Of a stretch of DNA of 64,000 nucleotides, positions 26,230 through 39,046 are shown piece after piece. The translations under genes were made by a program, and so were the position numbers. The first letter of the stretch is position 1, and every line of letters begins with the position of its first letter. The DNA is from Takakia lepidozioides. Taxonomy: Eukaryota; Plantae; Bryophyta. The notes beneath the pieces were generated by a model. It ran no database searches and was not told the origin of the DNA. It saw nothing but the letters and a program-made list of their open reading frames with translations. The stretch lies in the NCBI GenBank assembly GCA_030704615.1, contig CM060733.1:73160001-73224000 (forward strand). The letters run 5' to 3'.

Positions 26230-26365
26230 TAGAATTTTAATGAACACTCTGTACATTTAAATTCCCTTCCAGAGTATATAAAGGAAATTCTCCCCGTCCT
26301 TCATGTCCCCTCTCCCATGTGCTTCTCAACGACACCATCGTCCAAACCACGTCCCTCCCAAAATC

Positions 26366-27580
26366 GGAAATGCGGCACCGCATTTCCAAAACCGGGAAAA
26401 GAACAATTTTCCGTTTCATGGTTTGGACATCAGAAATTGTTCGGCCGAACGGAAATGCGGTGCCGCATTTCTGTTTTCGATACGGCAGTTTTGCCGATTG
26501 CCAGCTCCTTCCATGGAGGTAAATGGAAATACCACCCCGCATGCAGAGGTCGAACACGTTATTTAAATGGCGGACATGGAAATGCGGTGCCGCATTTCCA
26601 TTTTGGAGATGGACGTTTTTCCAACTGCAGACGCATTTCCAGAACGGACATCGTTGTTTGTCCAATTCCAGACCCTTGGATGGAAATGCGGCACCACATT
26701 CCATCGTGTTGGACGGAAATGCGGCACCGCATTACATTGTCCAATAAGAACTTCCGATTGCCAAACATGGAAATGCGGCGCTGCATTTCCAAAACAGACA
26801 TCGTTGTTTGTCCAATTCCAGACCCGTGTGGGCATTCCATCTTGGACGGAAATGCGGCACCGCATTCCATTGTCCAATACGAAATTTTGATGACGGACAT
26901 GGAAATGCGGTGCTGCATTTCCAGAACGGACATCGTTGTTTGTCCAATTCCAGACCCTTGGACGGAAATGCGGCACCGCATTCCATTGTCCAATAAGAAC
27001 TTTCGATTGCCAAACATGGAAATGCGGCACCGCATTCCATTGTCCAATAAGAACTTTCGATTGCCAAACATGGAAATGCGGCGCCGCATTTCCAAGGCCC
27101 ACATCGTTGTTTGTCCAATTCCAGATCCGTGTGGGTATTCCATCTAGCTGGACGAAAATGCGGCACCGCATTCCATTGTCCAATACGAAATTTTGATGAC
27201 GGACATGGAAATGCGGTGCCGCATTTTCAAAACGGACATCGTTGTTTGTCCAATTCCAGACCCTTCGACGGAAATGCGGCACCGCATTCCATTGTGCTGG
27301 ATGGAAATGCGGTGCCGCATTCCATTGTCCAGTACGAAAATTCGATGACGGACATGGAAATGCGGTGCCGCATTTCCAGAATGGACATGGACAAGCATTG
27401 GCGATTGGACATGCTTGGACAATTCAAGGTCCAATATGGAAATGCGGTGCCGCATTTCCAATTCGAAGTATGGTAATGTCATGTCAAGAAATGAAATGCG
27501 TTACAGCATTTCCGTTACGACCACAACGGAGGAAATGGAGCTGCATGGAGAAAAATGAAATGCGGTGCCGCATTTTCGAG
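26366..27580. repeat. Second array (~20 copies) of the same palindrome with different spacers
   Basis: Starts include 26366, 26451, 26578, 26715, 26769, 26848, 26901, 26964, 27018, 27072, 27207, 27270, 27303, 27356. Confidence 0.92.
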
Positions 27581-27852
27581 CTTCAGCATGTACATGTTTC
27601 CTTTTACTCATACATGGATTTCCTTCACCTCAGGACTCTGATATCGCTGACTCTGGTATATTCATATGGACAGACAAATTGTAGAAATGAGACCACAAAT
27701 TGTAAACAATGGGCCAATTACTGCAGTTCTTGAATACAATGAAACACAGCACACAGAAGTGAGGGACGATGGGTTGTTTTATTGATCGAACACGGGGTCT
27801 CACATTTAGCAACTCCAGACAAATCTAAGCCTTTTTGCCTTCTACATGGGCG

Positions 27853-28431
27853 TCACCAAGTCGACGGAACTTCGATAGCCCTCAAAACAAGCTCATTACT
27901 GATGCGGCACCTCGAGGTAAACTGCAATGCGGTCGTTCTGGTGCCCTTGGTGGAGCTCACCACAATGTCATGCCCATCAATGATACCACCATCATACATT
28001 GACAAGGTCACTGTGGGCCTCATGTGCCCGTGCGATTCGTCTTCGCAACTCAGCCGAATGTCTCCATACACTGGAAGAGCGGAGTAAACTCCACGAATAT
28101 AGTTTTCCCCGGTGCCGTCCTCCCTGGTGCACTGGCAGCAGTTCCAGCGCCAAAGCGAGGCCGTGCGTGATCTGTCCGGCATCCCATTCCAGCTTTGTAT
28201 ATCGAGGTCAACAATTTTCAGGACCCACGGACCGCATTGACCCTCGCCCTCACCTCGCTCAAAGCGGTAATAGCCCTCCAAATACTCCATTGCGCGCAAA
28301 GACTCCTGCTTGATTCCAGAAGCGTCAGTGAAAACAGAGAGCCAGACAATGATGTCTCCTGATTCTGGTTTGAACATAGCATAATCGTGGCCATGATAAG
28401 GGCAGTCAGCAAGATTTCGGCGGCACGGCAT
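27853..28431 (-). CDS. Unknown protein (gene C), probable element cargo, likely pseudogenised
   Basis: 192-aa ORF of normal complexity. Shares RNxxDCPYxGxDYAM with the opposite-strand ORF at 28839-29084. Confidence 0.45.
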   Translation of the reverse strand: MPCRRNLADCPYHGHDYAMFKPESGDIIVWLSVFTDASGIKQESLRAMEYLEGYYRFERGEGEGQCGPWVLKIVDLDIQSWNGMPDRSRTASLWRWNCCQCTREDGTGENYIRGVYSALPVYGDIRLSCEDESHGHMRPTVTLSMYDGGIIDGHDIVVSSTKGTRTTALQFTSRCRISNELVLRAIEVPSTW

Positions 28432-28838
28432 CCTTGAAAAAGATTAGCGGAGTACGCTCAATGACAACAGCTCCTGGATGGAAGAGGCAGCAGCGCGGTG
28501 GCTGGAAGAAGTTCAAGCAAATGCTACAATTCCTCACAAACACTCCAGGGCACATTTAAATTTCCCCCCTACAGGAACCTTGCACAGATGAAGATTGGTT
28601 GCTCCATGAATGTAGCCGTTTCAGTTTCCTTCCCTGCCATGCAAACTATGGGGAGTAAGTGCCAGGTGGGCCAATAGCCACCCGAGACGTCGAAGTCCAT
28701 CCCCCCTTCGATGTAAATGCGACGCCGAATTTCCATCCGGGGGATGGACTTCGGTGGCAGATTTCAAACTATACCCCGTGGATGAGAAAGAGGTATCGGT
28801 TCATCCACCGCTGGCGTGATGAACATGTTACACGATGA

Positions 28839-29084
28839 TTGGTGGGTACGTGGGACCCAGATGCTCCATTATTGGAGCCCGCACTGCTCTTCCGCTTCTC
28901 ATCATTTCGAAAATCTAAGGACTTCGTTGTTGTCCGCAAGGTCATTGTCATCGGCATCAAAGACGTCCTCAGGTCCTCCTTTGCAAGGATGTCGTGGTTC
29001 CGGAATCGGGACGACTGCCCTTATGGAGGCTTCGATTATGCAATGTATTCGGCCACATCGTGGATGCTTGCTCTGTCATTTTGA
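28839..29084 (+). pseudogene. Diverged paralogue fragment of gene C
   Basis: VLRSSFARMSWFRNRDDCPYGGFDYAMY versus VLR*SFSRMPCRRNLADCPYHGHDYAMF. Confidence 0.5.
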
Positions 29085-29099
29085 TCAACCTTACCTCAC

Positions 29100-30430
29100 A
29101 TGGTTCTTTAGCAATGATCAAACCTGGAACTCTCTATGATTTGGTCTTCCCTTTACTCTCTCTGAGATAATCTAGCACTAACATGAGTCATACCTTCCGA
29201 ATCTACTGCTACCCATGTGTTCCTATCCTGACTCAACATCCATTACCATACGTATACTGCCCTGTGTGAATGATTCTGATAGCTAGATCTCCAGGCAGCC
29301 TATAGTTTGGGTTTTGTGGATCAAACCCAAGCAGTTCTATGTTAGAAAATCTAACCACTCTGATCACGAGGTCACCCATTTGTGGCCCTGCAGTCAAATA
29401 ATTTGCTCTTGCGTTCCATCGCGTTGCACTCGAGAGTTGATAACGGAACGCCAGCTTTTCCTGTTTTGTCAGTCCTCTATCGACCAAGCTCTGATACCAA
29501 AATGAAGGGGCCTACAACCCATGACAATCCATCCAGTCAGTACACCATTTATTCCAGGCTACAGCGGAAGAGAAAACCTGGCACAAACGGAGATTCGTCA
29601 TTGAGATTTGTCTAGATACATTGTTTGTTTTCTTTTATTGTCATCCCTGGAGGGTGACCAAATGCCCTTGAGCTTGTCACTTCATTCGTTTTCATATCTG
29701 TGTTTGCACCATTCACCGGTCGAACGGAGGTCTGCCGTGATGCTTACTTCCGACCCTCTAGTGTTCATGCCTTGCTCCAGTATTAACACGTATGTCTAAC
29801 TTGGCTTTGCAGAGAAGTGCATGGAGAAACTACCCTACTACATACTGGTATCAGTTCACTATTTAGTACACAACCGTATCGTGCATGCTAGCTAAGCCTG
29901 CAGCCTCTCTTTGTATAAACGCAAATTAGATGTTTTGATGCATGAGAGTTAGTCCTCACAAAACACTTTAGCTAACCATCATAACACCACCTCTATGTTA
30001 GTGGATACATTCTACTTCACACCAAGCTGATTCTCGTGCTCACTTCAGAATGATAATAATCTCCATGCCTTACTTCAAGAAGAAACATAAGCTAGTACCA
30101 AAAATCTGAGAGAGATGACTATACGTAACCACTCGTCTTATACTTTGGCCTGATCATAGACTTGGTCTTATCCACGCCGCCACTCCACGTGATTATTTAA
30201 TAACTAGACCCCAAAACTTAATCAGCTGCAACCTTAGGCTTGAAGACTTAGTGGCCACCGGGTATTATTCCCCTCTGTGCCACAGGCCTGATTGTTGCTA
30301 AATACATCTTAAGGCGTCGTGTACCTCCTTCTATCCACCCTTTATCTTAGTGCCACCTAGCTAATATTATTGTGGCCACTCTACTCACTAAATCACCGCT
30401 GAGTCCTTTGTCTTATTTCTGCAGTATCAT
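29100..30430 (-). mobile_element. LTR retrotransposon 5' fragment (LTR, tRNA-iMet PBS, start of internal region)
   Basis: GCTCTGATACCA at 29488-29499 is the reverse complement of the PBS TGGTATCAGAGC, 3 nt from an LTR-like CA end at 29503. Outer limits are uncertain. Confidence 0.65.
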
Positions 30431-30769
30431 CCCTATGTGATGAAGAATCAATTTTTTCATTGATGCTTTCATCGCCCTATCATCCTGCTAGCTCGTCATC
30501 CATCCACTAATGCCAATCAGTGATCTCATCCTTGCTTGTCATCCAATTTTCCCACCATCCATCCGCTGATGAAAATTTGTCAATTTCATCCTGTTAACTC
30601 CAATGATAAATCGCGATTTCATCCAACTATCCTGCCATCGTTCCTTACTTGCACAAACCCCAATTTTCTTGTCTTGCCCATGGGGTTCTCCCGTGTTTCC
30701 CTCGTTACCTCCTTTTGACTCACACACCTCCCCAAAAATTGCGGCGAGGCGAGTTTGTTGGCAACAAGG

Positions 30770-32700
30770 CAGCATTCCCACATTCCGGGCCATCTATAGT
30801 GGATGTGTTGAAGCTTCTGCACGTAGACTCCAAATCGCAGCTTGGTAAGATTAATTTTGAAATCGCAGAAGTGAAGAAGGTCAAATGCTTGCCAAGGATC
30901 GTAAATGGTGATGTTGTGTATGAGCTTCCTCCCACGTCAAACACATCTCCAACTGGCCAGCTTGAAGGTATGGACCGCAAGTACGACGGGAATCCATGGA
31001 CGGTGACGAGAACAACCAACATAAAGCTCCCGCTCATAGGGTCAAAAGGCGGCGCTGTGAGGTGAGATTTTAATTTGCAGTTGTTGTCACTGCCCTCTGA
31101 GTTGCTGTAGTCGGTCCCAACTACAACAGTCGGTGGTTTTGATATCAAAGTACAACAATCGTTTCGGAGTGCTGACCAACTTTCACATTGCAGATATGTT
31201 TACTGTGTTGGAGCGATGAGATGCGTCAGAGGAACGTGCCCATTCTTCCTGAGGGAGGGCAAGCACAATGAGATGCACTGGGTGGGACACTCCGATGGAC
31301 AGTACTTCAAGCCGCACCTGGAGAAATGGACCAGAAAGTACATATCCCAAAACCTGCAGAAAGCACATATCCAGCTTTGTACGAATTGGAGAGCAGCGAG
31401 CAGCGAGGCTGAAGCAGAGGTGTCGTTTCTGGCCATCCGTGCCTGGTGGTCGTCTTCCAGTGCCGCTCGAGATGACGATGTCCCAGCGCTTGAAAGCTGG
31501 CTTTCATGGTGGACATACTAATACTACCAACTTGGAGCTTATGTTCAAAATGTAAGAATTCCGTTTCTCCATCCAGTGTCCTCTTGTGTCCACTTCTTTT
31601 AGGCTGCTCACATGAGCAAACCTTCTACAGCTATAGTCTGCACCACTATTACAGTGCAAATTCCGAAATTGTAACTTTAATATTAATTGTTAATTTAATT
31701 ATGATTCGTTTAATTTGTAGATTTTCTCGCACCCACTTGGGTTCGCTCGCATCTTCGTATCATGGTTTTGTGCACCTCAGTTTGTACGTAATTGGGATGC
31801 GCACATGCTGTGCACGAAATGAACATTCACTTGTAGTCTGCAACGACTATATTATTGCACGAGGAGATATTCCCATTTTCCATTTACTCCTACCTGTCTT
31901 TGCTCGCATCTGGTTTCGAGAATGTGGACTACAATATGTTATAGTCTGTAACAACTATATCATCGGATAGCCAGAAAACCCCTTCATGAATTACCTCTTA
32001 TACTTATAGTCTGCACCGACTATGGCCTTAGGGGTACATTGTGGGCCCGAAAATGATGCATTTCTTTCTGTGGCACTTGTAGTCTGCACTGACTATTGGG
32101 TTGTACGTTCGTTGTTGGTTGGTTTGTTGTCACACCATGTCTCTGGGACTTATAGTTTGCACCGAGTACGTGGTTATCTGTTCTTTGTTGGTTGGTTATT
32201 GTTGCAGCCATGTCCATGGTATTTATAGTCTGCACCGACTATGTGGTTATGTATCGTTATTGGTCAGGCATTGCAGAAATACTTATAGTCTGTACCGACT
32301 ATGTGCTTGTTTTTATGCCAATTTCGATGTGTCTCTTGCAGGGTCTGTAGCTGGAGGACAACGATGCAATGCCGAATGTCAATATGTCAGAGGCCGTATT
32401 GCGAGCTGGCAGGCCGGCAGCGGTGTGTTAAAGGTTGACCTGTATACAGCCACCCGGAACGACATGACGAGGGCAATTCTGCAATCATCTAATTACAACA
32501 ACTACCTGGAGGGTGGGGCAAAGGGTTCCGGACTTGTTCGCGAACAATTACTAGCCCGTGCGGCATCCCGCTTGTCTGACCGTGCTAAAATGGCTGAAAC
32601 GGTGAGGTCTTTTGTAGATGGCACTGAGCTTCATGGTAAAAATCCAGGGCTGGAGGGTGACCTTCTCACGAGAACAACAAAATGGAAGATTGTTCTAGGG
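30770..32700 (+). pseudogene. Diverged, internally deleted, spliced Mutator-like transposase (third subfamily)
   Basis: GDVVYELPP, MDRKYDGNPWTVT, YVYCVGAMRC, IRAWWSSS, LESWLSWW, MTRAILQSSNYNNYL match segments of the 57244 and 36706 proteins. Introns at ~31062-31192 and ~31552-32341. Confidence 0.75.
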
Positions 32701-32889
32701 CAACTTGCAAGACGAGGAACACGTTCATTCTTGGAGGTCTGACTTAAACCTCCGAACGACACCCAGGAGACCTGAAGGTGCCGGTGGATTAAGAGTGAGC
32801 ACAAGTACTGTGGACATGTCTGTTGAAACTTTGGAGGATGAGCTTCCAGTACAAAACAGAAAGCCTGTTTTGGAGACCGTGGTTTCGAC

Positions 32890-33930
32890 GGCTTGCTGCC
32901 GCCCACACTTCCGATGAGGTGGACAAATGGGGTCCCCATTGGCAAAGGCAAAATGAGAAGTTCGAAGATTGATTGCTACTGATCCTCTTTTCCAGCATTT
33001 GTCCGGAAAGATGTTTTACGTGTGGGACGGCAATCATCGCCTCCTGGCATGGATGGAGCACATAGCCCAAGCCCACCCCAACGACCTGGATTGGCATTAT
33101 GCCGTGGAGTGTGTTGTGCTAAAGGTTGCGGGGCCCAAAGATCGAAGTCTTCTCAAAGCTGCAATGACAGACATCAACTCGTAAGTTACAATGCCTCTTG
33201 CTTTGGAACCTTGAATTTGAAAGTCATTTCATCGCAAATCGTCATATTTGTTGCAAATTCTCATCTCTTCCGAGTGAAGGATGTCGGGAAGCAGGGGGTG
33301 CAAGAGTTTGCCAATTCGCTCAGTGTCGACCTCCTGCGCAAGTCGGAGGCAAAGGCAGATAGAATCTGGTATAGGCTGAGCATGGACGCCATGGTGGACT
33401 ACATATTTTGGGTACAGCTCCCAACTCTTTTGTTGACCTAATCTGTCTTTGCTCCCCCAATAGAAGAAAAAGTGTGGACCAAGATTTCTAATCTTATGTG
33501 TGCATTGTTGACATACGAAAATTCAGCAGGATTTGGCATATGCGCGGAGGTTCTACATGGAGTCAGAGGAGAAGAAATAACCCTCCCGGCACTGGAATCG
33601 TATCTCAAAGCTGCAGAGGCGAAGGCCCGTATCAAGTACAAGTTGCAGATGGTGAAGTACGTGCCCATAGCTGATCCCGCCCTTGGTGCCGACTTTCTAG
33701 TGGAGGTGGGGAAGCACTACTCCCGTGCTCTTAAGCCCACGATGACACTGGAGAAGCTGCATTGTCTAGCTACAGCCTGTGTGGATGCAACAGAGAAGGT
33801 TATACATTCTTAATCAAATTATCTTGTGGCAACAATTCGTTTTCGTGGTGTTTGGCGCTTACTAATATGCACGGTGGTTGGACAGACCCGGTGGCTCCAA
33901 ATCTGGAATGGGTCCCAGAGTACAAGGGAC
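32890..33930 (+). pseudogene. Diverged gene B fragment including the ParB/Srx-like domain
   Basis: DPLFQHLSGKMFYVWDGNHRLLAW...WHYAVECVVL; ADRIWYRLSMD; KYKLQMVKYVPIADPALGADF, all colinear with gene B. Confidence 0.75.
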
Positions 33931-34909
33931 ATGTGGAGTGGCATGATTTTGGGAAAGATGCGGCGTCTATTTCCGTGGAAGAGGATCCATTACCGCAGAA
34001 ACACGTCTTCATCCATATTAACCCTGCAACCCCAAACAGAAACCCTAACCCTTGTCAGCCTTAGGGACCCACCTCAACCCCGACAATGAACCTCGCCATC
34101 CCGCCCCTCTGCATGATACTGCGCACTGACATCATCCATGGGACCATCCATGCATGCAACATTCGTCCACAGTGTACATCCAATCGGGGTTTATCCATCC
34201 AAAAACATTCATCCTCCATACATCCAACCAAATATTGGTGTGATGGCATATGTCGAATGACTGTCTACTGGACTATGCACATATTCATCTCTGTTGAAAA
34301 AGTTTTATTGAATGCACACGGTTGAATTGGAGAGCAATGTTTAGAAGGAAAACACTTTCAAATTCGCAGGACGCGGGGGAGAGAATGTTTCAATTCAAGG
34401 ATGTGAATTTCATTGTAGTCCGTGCTCATTACAACGGATGGTGGGAAGAGAAATGGTGGTGCAACGGAAAACGGAGAGTGTGTCCCCTCATGTTCCATAA
34501 ATGAATGCCCTCAAGTACATCCGTAGGTGGTGTCAACACTGCTACTGCTACCACCTGAATCTACTGAACTGCTAGAAGTACTGCTACAACCTGAAACTGC
34601 TGCACTATCATCTATGAAGACCTTTGCGCGGAGGTGCCTGAGCGTCTTCCTGGAACTCCAACGCAAGGGTAGGGGAGAAAGCACAGCTGCTTGCACACGA
34701 GCAATGCCTTCCGCGTAATCGGGAAGGACATAATTAGGAGGTGGGCTCCAGCACAAGTCCCTCAAGTACATGGAAGACAGGGGCCATGGGAGTGCGTTCA
34801 CATTCCTGCAATCAGAAATGCACCATTTGGGTAACAATCAGACAACAGAAGGGGACGCGACAGAGCATATACACAGGGATCAAATAGACAGAAAATGAAC
34901 TTACTCACA

Positions 34910-35830
34910 TGAAAAGTCATTGTTCAGGTCCTTGTCGTCTCCGTCGAGGATATCAATTTGCGCAGTGACATCCTTGACATTGGAGGTAGACGCGCCCCCT
35001 TGCAACTCGGCAAGGAGGCCAGTGAAAATATTTGCATCTCCTTCCATACCAAACAAGTGCCTGCCACCTGCCTTGCAAGCATGGTAAAAAGCGCCTGCAA
35101 GAGACAGATTGAAGGAATTAGAGTTTTAGAATATTGAGTAAAGAAGGTGCAGAAGAAAAGAAATCGATGACAAAGGCAAGAAGAGAAACCTGTGCCGAGA
35201 GTGAGATCTATGATGCGGGCCCCTGGCCGAGAACAATTCTCAATGATCGTTTGGATAAAAGCCGGGCTTTTTTCACGGGCCCCTCTCCAAGGAGTTCATT
35301 TGGCTTTCGCAAACATACGTTGGAGTCGACATAGTTGTAGTGCATGTCGTTGACGACAGGATCGAACCTCTCGTTTATGAAACATCCTCCCCCATGAAGC
35401 TTGAACTCCACCACTGTGGTGGGAGTCAACAGTGGATGTACCCTCACGAGACACACGGCCTCAAATAGACGGGTCTGCGATGAAGAGGACAATAATTAGT
35501 GAGGAATGTTTCATAGCACATCTGGGTGGGAGTGCAGACCCATTTTGGATGGAACTGGTTCAGAGTCATTGCTCATGCACCGCCATAACTGAGTGCGCTG
35601 AAGCACTCAATTCAGGCAGTGCGAACAGCATGACTTCATAACAGTCAGTACAGTGGAACTTCAACAGAGAAGGCATAAAAACAAAGTATTTGAAACCCAC
35701 CTTCTACCCTAGGCAATCCCCCTTCGTCAGATATAGGCTGTTGACACAGTTCCAGGTCTTGATAATCCGCATCCCCGAGGCTTTCAAGTAGCTTGCCAGC
35801 TCTCGGCGACATCTCATCGTGACAGATTGT
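34910..35830 (-). pseudogene. Diverged gene B-like methyltransferase C-terminal exons
   Basis: Manual minus-strand translation: PWRGAREKSPAFIQTIIENCSRPGARIIDLTLGT|G, then an intron, then AFYHACKAGGRHLFGMEGD. Same intron position as gene B. Not shown in the ORF track. Confidence 0.72.
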
Positions 35831-36010
35831 ATGATACCCAATTTTATTTTTATTTTATTTTTTATTTTTGGTTCCCCCCCCCCCGGGGAGAACTGAGTGC
35901 GTCAACGCACTCAATTTCTTCATGATCATGATTTCAGGATGATCATCGACGAGAGGTGCGGGTCCGGATTTTCACCCCGGGTACCCGGCGGGTTTTGGGG
36001 AAACCCCCCC

Positions 36011-36046
<36 letters not shown>

Positions 36047-36105
36047 AGAACTGAGTGCGTCAACACACTCAATTTTTTCATGATCATGATTTCAGGATGA
36101 TCGAC

Positions 36106-38127
36106 TATGGGTGTGCATGTTTATGACTATCACTCCAAGAGGCTCATGACGATTGCAATCTGCGAGATGAAAGGGGAGGACACACAGTCGGAGATGCATC
36201 TGTGGGAGGGCATAAACGAGCAGATGGCAAGGGCGGGATTGGCAGAGCCCAATTTCAGGGGATTCATGGCAGACAACGCTCAGGCCAATTGGGGCAGCGG
36301 TGCGGCGTGTGTACGGTGAGGACCCCAATGTTCCAATGGAGGGGAAAGAGAGACCCTGTGGATTCCATTGGATGCAGAGTCTATCTCACTACACTACCAA
36401 ATTTGTTGCTAGCTCATTCCAGGCTGAACACCGTGTCCTTTGTACGGCGTGGAAGGATGCACCCACATTTGATGACGCGGAGGTTAAGTTTGCTATCATC
36501 GAGGCTTGGTGGAACATGTCAGGTGCAGTGGAGACAACCAATCTAGGAGCCTTGCACAGCTGGTTGGGGTGGTGGCATTTCCAGTATCGACAGTTCGGAC
36601 AGTACATGCGGGAGGTATGATGCTGTCATTTTCGTGCAATTGTCTTTCCTTTACGGACCTTCCATTGGTCCCTCACCATTGTTTGTGTCCTTGTAGGAGC
36701 GGTGCTTGGATTCCGACACGGACATGCCGAACACGAATATGGCAGAATCAGTCCACTCCTCCTGGCGAGCGTCTTCTGCCGCACATCTGGTGGACGTAGT
36801 GACGGCCACAATGGAGGACATCAACAGAGCAATCATGCAGCAAGCCACGTACTACAAGTTCTTGAGCGGGAAACAATGGGGCTTTGGGCCGGACAGGGAG
36901 GAATTGTTGGTACGAACAGCTTCGAGGTCCAAGAATCCACTGAAATGGGTGACAACATTGCAAGAGAAGATCAAAGGGACGCCTCTGCAACGCAGAGGTG
37001 AACACCTAGAGGGGGACGTCCGTACTCGCCCTGTGAGGCGGAGGATTGAAGAGAAACCTGGGTGCAAAGAGGATTCTTGGAGATCCGACAGGAACATTTG
37101 GACAGCACCTCGAGGTCCCGTCATGTTGCCGCACAATGTGTCTTCTAGCAGTGGGAGCCCAAGAAATTCCAGATCGCCATCGCCTTCAAGCGGGGATTCC
37201 ATGCAAGAAATTCCCACCACTCGCTTGCCCCAGATTCCGCCCGCTGTTATGCAGTATGGCCAAGCCATTGTGGAGACGATTGTGTCTGCGTCACAGTGGA
37301 GAATTGCTCGCACAAAGCCGTCGTTTCAAGGTAGGTGTTCCGCAATTCGAGTGGATACACAACAACGTTGTTTAGAGATGATAAGGAGGAATCCAGATGG
37401 GGCTGTCCCTGCTCCTACTTTTACAGGAAGATTTGTCCATGCAAAGTTTGCGGAGGCGACAACCACCCAGTTTTGGTTCTGCAGGCACGACATTATGACT
37501 TGCGTGTATGGAAAGCCCAAGTACGGCATACAAACAATGCCAGAGGCTCCCCCGGTGTGGCCGGTGGAACCAGGCTGCGATCTGAGTCAGGTTGAGGCCG
37601 ACGCCCTTACTGCCGCAGGATTTTGGATGTTGCAGCGCACTGACGTCCCCAGACAACCATTTCCGCTTCCACAGCCTCCACCACCAACCCCTGTGAGAGC
37701 AAGAACAATGGGACGCGACAGCTCTAAGCATCCTACACACCGTTGGGGGAAACCGAAGAGGCGGCGACCTCCCTCAAAAGTGAACGAGACAAGGATGGGG
37801 AATGCACTTCGGATGAACTGTACAATCCAGAGCTCGACAGAAGTGCCCCCACCAGGCTTTGGGCGTGTGTATCAGATGGCCACGGCAGGCTCAGCTGTTC
37901 GCAATGAGGTGTACACCATCACCATTTCAAAATTACCCACCTGCAATTGCACCGACTTCCAGATCATGGCGAACAAGGGGGCATCATACTGCCCTTGCAA
38001 GCATCTATACTACGTGTACCTAAAGAGACTCCGGTGTAATTCCACAACTCATCACTTCATACATGCACCAGGGTTGAGCCCCTAAGAGGTGCACACTCTT
38101 CTGAATATGGATCCAGGGGACCAGTGA
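36106..38127 (+). pseudogene. 3' part of the Mutator-like transposase (copy C) with SWIM finger
   Basis: FMADNAQAN, CGFHW, intron ~36615-36696, NTNMAESVHSSW, SWIM CNCTDF...CKHLYYV. One frameshift near 36290 and a probable premature stop at 38083. Confidence 0.85.
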
Positions 38128-38379
38128 GCTTGGCTTGCGGTCCCAACACAATGGTACGCCCATCCTTTTCGGATAGTAGAACTGTACTGCTGCAAGTAGC
38201 TCTGACTCTGGCCACAGAAAGGTCTGACTTATGTCTTGCCTACCAGTAACCTGTTTTGCTCGAACTAAGATAATACTATGTCATTCTCTTGTGTTTCCAC
38301 GTGCATGTATTTTTGTGTGTTGGAGGGTTATTGTTTTTCTGCTCTCCCAAACTTTGCTTTCCTCATTCGACCCCCAGCA

Positions 38380-38979
38380 AGGAAATGCGGCGCCGCATTT
38401 CCAAGTAACGTCGTAGGTACTGGTAGATGCGGCCTTCGCCAACACCAAACCGCCCAAAAATTTCGCACGTGCGAACCCTAATGCGGCACCGCATTTCCCA
38501 GTTGAGTCGCAAACCTTTCCCGCCGAATACCCGAAGATGACAGAATTGTGAAGTACTGCAGACTCTATTGGTGCAGACTCTATTGGTTCAATCGCGGCAA
38601 AATGGTCACCTTCATTCCAATGTTAAGGCATGTAAAACCGCGGAATACTCTATAAAGGCCAGTATGCGACGTCCTTTTGCCGTGGTATACTGGATTTCTC
38701 GTTGCACGGTCACTCATTTCCATGAGCGGATCTAAAAAACCATGAGCGGACTTGTTACTGACGACATATCTTCGCCGCATTACAGGATGTGGAACTTCCA
38801 AAAACGGCAAGGTCAAATTAAAAACTATTATTTTAATACTTGTTTAATCTGCCGCATTTCCAAATTTGGAGGAGTCCGCTCATGAAATCCGCGTGTCTGA
38901 CTTCGGCTCACCGCTCATGCGGCTCATGCGACTCATGGCTCATGGCTCATGGTTTCTGCTCATGAAATAGTAAACCTCC
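38380..38979. repeat. Putative right end of the Mutator-like element (palindromes plus GCTCATG subterminal repeats)
   Basis: Palindromes at 38381 and ~38480, clustered GCTCATG repeats in both orientations, ending ...CTCATGAAATAGTAAACCTCC just before unrelated gag sequence. No partner TIR seen in the window. Confidence 0.5.
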
Positions 38980-39046
38980 TTTGATGGAGAGAGATGGACC
39001 ATCGATGATGGCAATCACGACTGATTTCCTGTCATAAAGGTGAAGT

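Larger units (their letters stand above)
18353..27600. mobile_element. Mutator-like ParB/MTase element, copy A (transposase 5' stub, array, gene B, second array)
   Basis: 18353-26050 is an inverted near-copy of ~49745-57700. No intact termini seen. Confidence 0.8.
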
